Of a stretch of 17,894 bases of DNA, positions 8,280 to 17,894 are shown piece after piece (within the stretch, counting starts at the first letter, position 1; the number at the start of each line of letters is the position of its first letter). The notes below the pieces were generated by a model. The model was not told where the DNA came from. It saw only the letters and a program-made list of their open reading frames with translations, and ran no database searches. Origin of the DNA: Paraspadella gotoi. Lineage: Eukaryota > Animalia > Chaetognatha. The stretch is taken from NCBI GenBank assembly GCA_051294375.1, contig JBJCIZ010001009.1, positions 1-17,894 on the forward strand. The letters are read 5' to 3'. The position numbers and the translations under genes were made by a program.

Positions 8280-8397
8280 AGCGCGAAGAGTTTGGCGCGC
8301 AGCTCCTCGAAACGCACCAGATCGGAGGCTTTGTGATATGTGAGAGACGCGAAGAAAAATCTATCCCAATCCGTGAAACTTTGGCGATTTCATCAAC
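8280..8397 (-). CDS. Internal exon of the Tudor gene (N-terminal strands and helix of the eTudor); one 1-nt frameshift
   Basis: Acceptor tttccccag (8399-8398) and donor gtaagt (8279). Reads VDEIAK /shift/ FTDWDRFFFASLTYHKASDLVRFEELRAKLFAL and joins the next exon in phase across the 82-nt intron 8198-8279. Confidence 0.62.
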
Positions 8398-8542
8398 CTG
8401 GGGAAACGAAAAGAATATTGAACCACACCAATCTACTACATAGTGCTTTGAGTGATCTTAAAGAAAAGTGATTAAACCAACAGATCGTGATCAACACGAA
8501 TTTCCCCCGTTTCGATTTCCCTAAAATTTCTAACGACCTAAC

Positions 8543-8695
8543 CTGAATGTCCATCATGACGATTTGTGCGTTGGGGCGTATGTCGGAGGAGTGAGGCACA
8601 TTGTACCTTTTTGCCTGCTTCACGGCGGATGGAGTGAATTCGGGAACGGCGGGATTGAGCGACGATGAAGATGATGATGGCGTAGTTTTCAACTC
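8543..8695 (-). CDS. Internal exon of the Tudor gene carrying a PAM2 (PABP-interacting) motif
   Basis: 153 nt, phase 0/0, acceptor ttccag and donor gttagg. Reads ELKTTPSSSSSSLNPAVPEFTPSAVKQAKRYNVPHSSDIRPNAQIVMMDIQ. Flanking introns are 8398-8542 and 8696-8777. Confidence 0.65.
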
Positions 8696-8777
8696 CTGGA
8701 ATAAATGAATGAGAATGAATGAATAAATGAAAAGCACATCTTAAGGACATCGAGGATCGATAGTTCAGTTTCCTCAC

Positions 8778-10901
8778 CTCCTGTTTTACCGGCGCCATTC
8801 TTCCCCGTCGGCAGCTTGCGGAGGCCAAACGTCGCTGATGCCGGAAGGCGCCGCGTTCGGTGTCCCGGCCCCCTCGGCTCGTTCCGGCTCGGCGGGCCGC
8901 CTTTTTCCTACTGGGCATTCGTCGATTCGTGGCGATCTCGTTGCAAGTTGTGCAAACGGCGTCCTTGACTCGGCGAAAGTTCGGGCGCGCGGTACGGGGC
9001 AGAGCGCGCGAGTGTGACCGGTACCGGAGCAGATGAACAGAGAAAGGCTGGGGAGCGGGCTTGGCTGCGGGATGTCCCGTTTAGACTTAGTGGGCGAGTG
9101 TCTGATTTAACTGCGTCAGCCTCGGCGTCCGAAGACGACGACATCTTAAAGGAGGTTGGGATGAAACCTCCGGAACGCAGGGTCTTCGGCTGCTGCATCA
9201 AGCGAAGCCGTCGGATGAATTTGCCGTTCTTAGTTCCTTTCTCTTGTTTTTCGACCCCTTTCCCTCTCTTTTTTTCCATGACTTTTTTCTTTCCTTTTCC
9301 AGTTTTTCTCCCATCATCGAGCTCTTCCCGCGTTCGTCATCTTTCCGTCGTCTATCTTATTTTGAACTTTAATAGATTTCGAGGCGACGTTGTTCATCTC
9401 AGGAGAAAATTCAGAGGGATTTAAACCCATGATAATCGTACATCTCCCTCGGGCAAAGGCACGGGCGGCTTGAAGTGACAACCTCCGCCCTTCGCTCCGA
9501 TTGAGAAATTAGGGACGAGCCGCTCTTCGAGGCGACCGCGAACCAGCGGGCGTCGTTGATTTGGACGAACCCAAAGCCAAGTGCGCCAAGCTAAGGTGAC
9601 CAAGTGGTCGGAGAGAAAGGCGTCGATCTGGCGGAGAAACCGGGGGGCGTGGCTTCCGGCGAGATGATCGACGTCGAGGCATCTCGCGATCTCGCCATTC
9701 GAGCTCGGACGGCGAAGGAGCGGCGATAGTTCACCGTTCTTTAATAAAGATGCGCATGGGCATTTTCAATATTTTTGATTTGATCTAACGATTCGTTCTC
9801 TCCCAATTCCCGCTTTCGTCTACTTGAGGCGACTCCGGCGGCAACATCCCCTCTTGTTTCATCTATTTTCTCGTCAGGTCTTCACGCCCGAACTTGCACT
9901 CTATATTTCGTATTCGGAGTGAAAAACGGAATACGATTTTCTCGAATCGTCGATCCCGGTTAATTTATGCTCCATACTGATTTCTTTCCATTCTCGAATG
10001 CAAATCCTCCATCAGGTTTGTAGACATTCTTCCTCTAGCAGCCTCCGTATCTTACTGCTGCTTCGTTCGGTTTCGTTAACTTGTTACTTCTTCCTCCTTT
10101 GCTGATTCTTTCAACGTTGACTTCCTGAATCTCGTTCTATCTCGCGATCGAGTTCGAATACAGAAAGCGGCGCAATGTTTGCAGATGCCTCAACTACGTT
10201 ATCGTCCGTCGTCATGACAACAGAGAAAAATCTTTAACAGCTTTTTAAACTTAACAGGATCCATAACGTCTGTCTTATCTCATTGCTAAGAAACTTCTTA
10301 CGCCAATATTCTCCAGCATTAAATCCGTCTCCCTCGTTCCACTCCGCGTGTCGACTTTTCAAGGCCACCAACTAAGGAACGCCGATGGAATAAGGAGGTT
10401 TTGCGAAGCGAGATTTTCCCCTTTCGGCAAATCATAAGAGTGGCGAAAGAGATTTCGATATCTCGATTTTAAGGCGGACGGGATTGATCTACATCCGCAT
10501 CAGCATCCCCAACGACTTCTTCGTCGTCTTCTCGTTCGACGGCGGAAGGAATATTCCGACTCTCGAGACTCGGGCGTTCCGCTTTTCGACCCTTTGGCAG
10601 CGATGGTCCGATTCAAACTCGGCTCACTACTAATCCTTCGACCGTACATTATTTTCTACATCTTCGCTTGAATGTTCTTTGCGTTCCAGGCACCCTCATG
10701 TTAAAATATATCCAGATTTTCATTTTGTGCCGTTTCAATAGTTTGCTTTTATTTCGGATGGGTAGGGCCAACGATCCAAACATGTTGAACAGACGTCCCC
10801 GCTTGACCCGAGTCTCAAAATTTCTCTGCTCTCTGACGTATTCGCCCGAGCTCCAGGGGATCTGGTTCCGACTTCGAGTCAAATCCGCTGCATTGTGACA
10901 T
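8778..10901 (-). pseudogene. Large upstream coding-like segment of the same gene, broken by many indels; includes an RRM-like region (~9480-9760) and low-complexity linkers
   Basis: Ends at donor GAG|gtgagg (8777). Overlapping coding-like frames run throughout. RNP2-like MRIFIK (~9757-9740) and RNP1-like GFGFVQI (9578-9558). Possible ATG at 10901. Pseudogene versus assembly error is unresolved. Confidence 0.45.
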
Positions 10902-12616
10902 TGACGCGGAGAGATACAACAGCTAACCACGGCGAGGAACCGAGATAAAGCGGGGAATGTCAAGCGGAGTAATTTAAAAGCAAGTCGAAGGCGAGAGGAA
11001 TAAAGCAGTATTTCGAAGGGACCGATCTATTATCTCAAAACAAGACTAACAATAACAACAAAGAACTTATTAAGAGAGTAGGTCAACATTTAAGCTCTCG
11101 AACAGGCAAAACTAAAATTACCAAAATATCATTTTTAAAGTGCTGGTACCGGACGTGTCAACGAATCATTGGTACACTTATCCTCTTATTTAGGTAAGCA
11201 TTACGAGGTCTCTTTTATATCTTTGGTTAAGGAATACAATCATAAGGATACTAAGCCAAGTCAGAGAGCGGACTTTTTAAAAATGATGGATCAATCCAGA
11301 ACTTTCGTAAGCCCAACAAATAAATACGATATTTCAATTAATATGTAACAAGCGGCGATCAAAACAACGAGGGAGGGACGGACGGGAACCAATAAGAGGT
11401 GGTGTGAAGCCAATATAAAAGATTCGCTCTATAAGGTGGCTTAACTTAAAGAATATTCGCTGATTTCACATAAGGCTGGTTGACCTCCAGGTTGGTTCAA
11501 TTAACAAGACAATCAATGTGTCCGCAAACTGAGCACCACCCCGGTGTGGAGGCCGAGTAGACAAAAGAGGAGCGACTCGAATTCAGGTGTTGTACCCAGC
11601 GTCAAGCATCCCAGCGGTTTGAAAAATGTAGCTGAAAATTAGCTCTCATGAGTTGCTTTATCTCTCTCTGCGCGGCCTTTCCTTCGTTTCTGACTCTTTC
11701 TCTCTTCTTTCTCTCTTGTCTTGCTCAAAAAATTCGGATTTGATTATCTTTTACTGAAATGAATGATAGTCTTTTTCCTTTTTTTCATAATATAATTACG
11801 TTTATATAGTTATAAAATGCAACGAACATTCATTTTCAGCTACGTATGTAAGGTTTACTTCTTCATTAGATATTCTATAAATGATTTCTCACTATTTTTA
11901 TGTATTCTTTGTTTTAAATTCTTTACCGAACAAATTACTTTCATTTTACTCTTGCCCGATGCACATTAGGGTTTTTTTTAACGCTGTCATAAGACATGGC
12001 CCCTCCATAATTGTTTCTTTTATTTCTTGCTGATTAATTATTATCCAATAGTCGGCCATTCCGCCCTTTCAATCTCTACTTTCCGATATTTTTTTCTTCA
12101 TGTCTTCTGAACTCCTTCTTAAATTAACTCCGACCAAATGAAGGATCGGGTGCATGTATATGTCTCCGGCGGTATCAACTGCCATACTACCGTAGTGATT
12201 CTTTCCGCATATCTGTGCTCGATTCTGTGCCTCCCGGAATCGCTCTTGTCCTTGCGCGTTTGTTCAATTGGCTTATCTTATATCCTATCTCCTGTCTGTT
12301 GTCTCTTTCTTATCAATATATCTCATTATACTTCATTTGACTCTCTCCTCATTCTCACTCCCCTCTTCACCTCTTGCCCTCCCGCAGTGTAGTCCTACCG
12401 TCTTTCCTCTTTCCTCGTACCTAGCCTGTCCTTCTTGATCTATTCTTTCCTCGTCACGTTCCCCCTCTCACTTCCCTCCCTCTTTTCATGGCTTCATGAA
12501 TTCATAATATTCTCGTCTTCACTGTCGCGTACAATATCTCTTCTTGTCTACTCCTTTTCCCTGTCCCTCCCGTCTTCTCTCTCCCGCGTCTTCGTTCTAC
12601 ACACTGTTCTATACCC

Positions 12617-12641
12617 NNNNNNNNNNNNNNNNNNNNNNNNN
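12617..12641. other. Assembly gap (25 N)
   Basis: N run. Confidence 0.99.
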
Positions 12642-12832
12642 AAAAAGGAATTTATTTACAGTTAATATGCAAATACAATAAACGTCGTTTGCAGCGAAAA
12701 ACGTTTTTTTTTCCGCCTTACGTAATTAATGAACGAAAAGAAAAAAAAGAAAAATAATCTAGAAAAAATGTCGCCATTTTTACGATTTTACGTTCGAATC
12801 TATGACGCGGAAAATGATAAAAAAAGATAAAA

Positions 12833-12842
12833 NNNNNNNNNN
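12833..12842. other. Assembly gap (10 N)
   Basis: N run. Confidence 0.99.
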
Positions 12843-12933
12843 AATGACAAATAAAAACAAGATAAAAAAAAGATTAAAAGAAATAAATATACTCACCGGC
12901 GAAGAGATCGTAAACAAGGGGATGTAAAGAAAC

Positions 12934-13250
12934 GAGAGAGAGAGGGAGAGAGAAGGGAGAGAAGAGAGAGAAGAGAGAGAGAGAGAGTGAAGAAGAAAAA
13001 GAAAAAAAGGAAGCGCGAGAATTGTTTGCAGTTCTAAATCACTCTTTCCTCGCAAAATGTTCTCTCTCTCTCTCTCGTCTCTCGTCTCTCTCTCTCTGTC
13101 TCTCTCTGCTCTCTCTCTCTCTCTGCTCTCTCTCTCATCTCTCTTCTCTCTCTCTCTCTCTCTTTCTCCTCTCTCCTCTCACTCTCATCTCTCTCTCTCT
13201 TTCCCCCGTTATAAAATCCCATTAACTCGGCCTCTTTCTCTTCTCTTCTG
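12934..13250. repeat. Imperfect (GA)n followed by (CT)n microsatellites
   Basis: GA-rich 12934-~13010 and CT-rich ~13060-13250. Confidence 0.9.
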
Positions 13251-13984
13251 AAACAGACATGAGAAATAGATCATAAAGTCCGGTTGAAATCTTTAGCAAG
13301 GGCGGACATTATGCGTGGCAGCCAGGGCTGAACAAGGTGGGGGTGAAAAACGGAATGGGGGTGAAATGAAGAAAGAGAGATGGAATGGGGGTTGAGAAAG
13401 AGGGAGGGAGGGGAGAGAAAGGAGACTGATCCGGGTGTTAAAGGACTAAGGGTGAATATAAATGAGGAAAGAATATAAAGCAACCTCGTAGATAGAAAGG
13501 GTGGGTGAAGAGTGAAAACCAATGCCAGTAGGTTGTAAAGGAACACGTGATAATGAAAGATAGAATATAAGTGAACTTGACTGACTGAAAAATTGAAAGA
13601 ATTTGGGGAAGAAAAAGGGAAAGGGAAAAGAGTGAGGGACAAAAGAAGAGGTGCAGGATGGAAACCGAAACGCAAGGGAGAATAGAAAGGGTGGGAGGGA
13701 CACGGGGGGGGAATAAGTTAGAATGCGGGTTAAGAACAAACCGGGGGGGGACAGCTGGGGAGGGGAGTGAGGAGCGTGACGAGAGCTTGGCGTCGATGGC
13801 GAACAGGGGGGAACAATAATGTAAGTGGAAACAAAAGAAGCACCTCGAGAAATAGGTTTGATTATAAAAGGAAGAATGGAGAGAAATAGATGAGGACAGA
13901 AATATGAAAACGAGGCCTGGAAGATGGGTGGTAAAGAGCTGATACGATAGAAGGGGTAAGTTGACTAGGTTAGCCCTAAATTGA

Positions 13985-14113
13985 CCTCTCTCTCTCTCTC
14001 TTCTCATCTCTCTCCTCTCTTTCTCTCTCTTCTTCTCTCTCTCTCTCGTCATTCTCTCGTCTCTCTCTCTCTCTCCCTTCTCTCTCTTCGTCTCTCTCTC
14101 TCTCTCTCCTCTC
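13985..14113. repeat. Imperfect (CT)n microsatellite
   Basis: Direct inspection. Confidence 0.92.
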
Positions 14114-15018
14114 AAATAATTCACTTTCCGAAGGAATAACTTTGTTTTTTTTTTTTTTCCTCTTTGGTTTTGAAAAAAAGCCCCTTTTTTTGTTTGTTTA
14201 AAAAAAAACCTAGCCCGACTCGAGAAAAGACCCTTTTCATCTTTCCGACAAGAAAGACCGACATAAAAGACCGATCAACGTCCTGGTTGTTTTCTTTTTT
14301 TTTTTTAAATTTTTCCTTTTTTTTTCTCACCCTGTAGCCGTGACGTTTTGTTATCTCAACACGTTGTGAAAATTTAATTCTCTGACGAGGTGAATATTTT
14401 CGTTGTGATAGTGAAAGTTACGGAATCACAATTCTGACAAAGTCGGAACCCTGGGAAATATTTGTGACTTTTCCAATTGAATTAAATGAAAGATTATCGT
14501 CATTTATCTTACGGCAAGCAAAGACCAAAAACTTTCGAATTTAAACATAAAAATCTTGCCAGAATGGAATTTATAAAAAAAAACAACCTACTAAAACAAA
14601 AAACATAAACACACAACTAAATACCGAAACAAATAGAACACAACTAAGCGCTTCAAAACGTATAACCATCTCTAAACTTAACCCCATTCAAAAAAAAACC
14701 CTCACCCAGAATCCATTCTCCCCTTCCCTCGAGCCCCGATCCTCGCTGCTCACCCCCGTCCTCGCCCGAGCCGAGTCCGCTTATCTCAATTTGGATCTCT
14801 CCACCCACACGTTTCTCTTAACAGTTATGGCTCAACTTTTTCGGTTTTTGCGCCTGCAATCCGTCGTTAGCCGCCGCCCGGCCCGCACCCGCCCGCCGCA
14901 TCAGCCGCCGCTTGCGCTTTTGACGCCTCATTTTCTCCCAAAGAGGCGCCGCGTTCTTTATTCTTTTCCCGCGTCACTAAACTAACGTCGTCTCGTCGCC
15001 AACGCCATCTGGACGGGC

Positions 15019-15149
<131 letters not shown>

Positions 15150-15253
15150 GGGGCGCCGTCGTTTGCGCAAACTTTTTATCGTCGACGGCGTGACGATCAT
15201 CGCGCCACTTTTTCACGTCAAGAGCGGACTTTTTTTGTCGCATTGTAAGATGG

Positions 15254-15335
15254 CGTCGTTGTCGTTGTTGTCATCGTCGCAGTTGTTGTTGCTGTTGTTG
15301 TTGTTGTTTTCTTTGCTGTCATTGTCGTTTGTCGG
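15254..15335. repeat. Degenerate (GTT/GTC)n trinucleotide tract
   Basis: gtcgttgtcgttgttgtcatcgtcgcagttgttgttgctgttgttg... Confidence 0.7.
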
Positions 15336-15637
15336 TTATTTGACGCGATCTCTAACCGGCGCTTGAAACGAGAGTTCACATCAACATCAGTTTTCAGACA
15401 TTTCCTTCATATCTATCGCATTGCATCACACCATAATACACATACGTCTCATCGTATTCACAACACCTCATATCAACCTCACATCACATCAACGTCCCAC
15501 TTCTATCATTATTCACCGCAGAACCATCATTCCAAGCCCCCCCCCTCCAAGCCAGCCACACCTCGATTCACATCCTCGAGACATTTAACATCACAGTCTT
15601 CATTCACAACTCACCCCCTTTCACAGAGATCGTAACG

Positions 15638-15638
<1 letters not shown>

Positions 15639-15687
<49 letters not shown>

Positions 15688-15696
15688 CGTCGTCGT
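15639..15696. repeat. (CGT)n microsatellite
   Basis: About 16 perfect units plus a degenerate tail. Confidence 0.92.
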
Positions 15697-16432
15697 TCGG
15701 CCGCGAATCGGAGAAACAAAATCCTTCGGAAAAAAGTGGATCAACGACATCTCGCGGCGCCGAAGGGAGGGGGGGGTAGAGGGAGGGGGGGGTAGAGGGG
15801 AGGGGGTGGATTTTGGATGGGTCATTGGTGTAGGGGAGGTGGGGGTGAAGAGATGGAGTTTTGAAGGGGGGAGGGGCGATTGAGTCGGTGGGTCGAAGAA
15901 GAATTAGAAGATATGAAGAATAGAATAAAACAAAACGGAAATTCAAATGTGTGACTTTCTTTTTAGCCCGTGTAATGTGTCATTGTGTATGTTTGACACC
16001 ACCGCATCGGATTTTTATTCTTTAATTTTTAGGATTCCTTAAGGTGGCGCTAGTAGCTGTTGTCTTATATCAGAGGCCGTTTTTCCCTTGTCTTAACGAA
16101 TGAGCGACCGAGTTACAGGCGTGTTTTTAAACCAAGTGGGACAGACCTGACGGACAAGATGTTTTTTTTTTTTTTGTCGAAGATGTTGTCGGGATGGCGT
16201 CGTTGTGGTATTAGCGGTTTATGTCGCGCGGTCCCGTTTCCCTCCGAAAATCCGCGACTTTCGTTCGATGACGTTTTGACGTTCGCGGATTTTGCGTTTC
16301 GAGTGTCTAACATCGACGGAGGATTGAGAAGAAAAGGGTTGGTTGTCGTCGTCCGTCGTTCGTCCGTCGTCGTCCTATTAAATCCGTCCCGCCCAAAATT
16401 TTCGTTTTCTCTTTTTTATCGAGCGATGAAAG

Positions 16433-16545
16433 TCTCTCTCTCTTCTCTTTCTCTCTCTCTCTCTCCTCTCCTCTCTCTGCTCTCTCTCTCTCTCACTCTC
16501 TCTCTCTCTCTCTCTCTCCTCTCGTCTCTTCTCTCTTCTCTCTTC
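16433..16545. repeat. Imperfect (CT)n microsatellite
   Basis: Direct inspection. Confidence 0.92.
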
Positions 16546-16755
16546 GACGACGACTTCCGCGTTTAATCCAGCGCCCGTTTTCGTCTTTTTTTTTTTCAAG
16601 CGGTGCCATAGTTTTCGATTTAAGCGGCGCCGGCCTGGATCAGCGGCACCCGCATCAGTTAAGCGTCGCCGCGAGTAGATGCGTCGAAAACCGGAAATGA
16701 GGCGTCCATCCTTCAAACGAACCGCTCGCCGAAAATCCGACAGCCGTTCGGGATT

Positions 16756-16789
16756 GAGAGAAGAGAGAGAGAGAGAGAGAGAAAGAGAA

Positions 16790-16829
<40 letters not shown>

Positions 16830-16846
16830 AGAGAGAGACGAGAGAG
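16756..16846. repeat. (GA)n microsatellite
   Basis: Direct inspection. Confidence 0.92.
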
Positions 16847-16891
16847 GCATTTCGCGGTTTTTAGGTTTCGAGTGGAAAGGATTTTTTTTTT

Positions 16892-16994
16892 TTAAGACGC
16901 ATAAACGACGTCGAAGGATTTGCGAAATCCGGTTTTTTTAGTCTGGCGGCGGCGCGGCTTCGGCTGCGGCGGCGGCGGATGCAGGCGGCGGCGG

Positions 16995-17034
<40 letters not shown>

Positions 17035-17106
17035 TAGACATCTTGTATTTCTGTTGAAATACGGAATCTTCGCAGACCTTTGGATAATGTTTATATTGGT
17101 TTATAT
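16892..17106 (-). CDS. Possible exon of an unidentified gene (Pro- or Ala-rich)
   Basis: Good acceptor tttttttcgtag (AG at 17108-17107) after an intron-like (TTGA)n tract. Open frame INQYKHYPKVCEDSVFQQKYKMSTPPPP... No recognisable domain and no clear upstream GT donor. Confidence 0.25.
16945..17034. repeat. (GGC)n microsatellite
   Basis: ggcggcggc run, partly interrupted. Confidence 0.9.
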
Positions 17107-17294
17107 CTACGAAAAAAATCAAACAATCAATCAACGTCAATTCTAATCAATAATCGAATCATTTAATGCAATCAATAATCAAGCAATCATATCAATCAAT
17201 CTGATTCTGCTGCTTCTTTCGAAGAATTAGACAAGAGCTCTTTCATCAAGAGAAAATTTGTCCAATCAAAATCTCGAGAAGCTCATCAACGTTG

Positions 17295-17379
17295 AAGACG
17301 ACGACGACGACGACGATGATGAAATGATGATCGATGATGATGATGATGATGAATGATGAAGATGAAGTTGATGAATGAC

Positions 17380-17415
<36 letters not shown>

Positions 17416-17437
17416 AGATGAAAGTATGATTGATGAA

Positions 17438-17470
<33 letters not shown>

Positions 17471-17651
17471 GGATGTGATGATATGATGATGAAGTTGTAT
17501 GATGAGATGAGATTGATGATGAGAAGTTGATCGATGAAGATGAATGATGATGAAGATGAGTTGAATATGATGATGACGATGAATGATGATGAAGAATGAT
17601 GAGAGACGATGATGATGATGATGAAGATGATGATGATGAATGATGAATGAT
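17295..17651. repeat. Long degenerate (GAT)n/(GAC)n/(GAA)n trinucleotide array
   Basis: About 350 bp of gatgatgat with interruptions. Confidence 0.92.
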
Positions 17652-17894
17652 TACAATAAGAACAACAAGAATCGGAATGAACTACGAAAGAGCAGGAAAT
17701 GAGAATTGTACATGTTGTCGCTCTGAAAACGAATTTGTCCATCGGATGAAAAGGATTTTATTGAGAAAACTTGACAATTTCTATATTATGTTTTATACGA
17801 GCCCTGTATTACGACGAATTTCGCATCTAAAAATATAAAAATTCGAACAGTTATAAAGTATACAACAATTTAGTCATTGCCCGACTTAAAAATC

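Noticed and set aside
10975-11640. Short open frames on the + strand (e.g. KSKARGIKQYFEG..., LVKEYNHKDTK...)
   Set aside because: No recognisable motif, no coherent start or splice structure.
12000-14330. ORFs rich in L/S/F or E/R, some looking membrane-like
   Set aside because: Products of purine/pyrimidine-skewed low-complexity and dinucleotide-repeat sequence near assembly gaps.
17266-17742. 158-aa Ser/Ile-rich ORF
   Set aside because: Translation of the degenerate (TCA)n array with shifting register.

Overview
Eukaryotic (probably invertebrate animal) genomic DNA from a draft-quality assembly with three N gaps. Bases 1-7491 are a near-complete Ty3/gypsy LTR retrotransposon on the minus strand, Mag-like by its Gag motifs. 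It comprises a 5' LTR (4900-7491), a tRNA-Trp-like PBS, gag (3342-4850), a G_GGA_AAU slippery site with a 9-bp GC stem for -1 gag-pol frameshifting, pol (PR-RT-RNaseH-IN, with one extra frameshift in the protease), a PPT and the first 41 nt of the 3' LTR. The ~290-bp 5' LTR is split by a 2.3-kb non-coding DNA transposon (5043-7338) with long TIRs and an 8-bp target duplication (ATGGTCAT). Directly upstream on the same strand is a spliced host gene broken by many small indels (~7580-10900). Stitched by hand, it has an RRM-like region, a PAM2 motif and an extended Tudor domain, resembling germline/piRNA-pathway Tudor proteins. The rest (11.0-17.9 kb) is mostly low-complexity, microsatellite-rich sequence with one possible exon.
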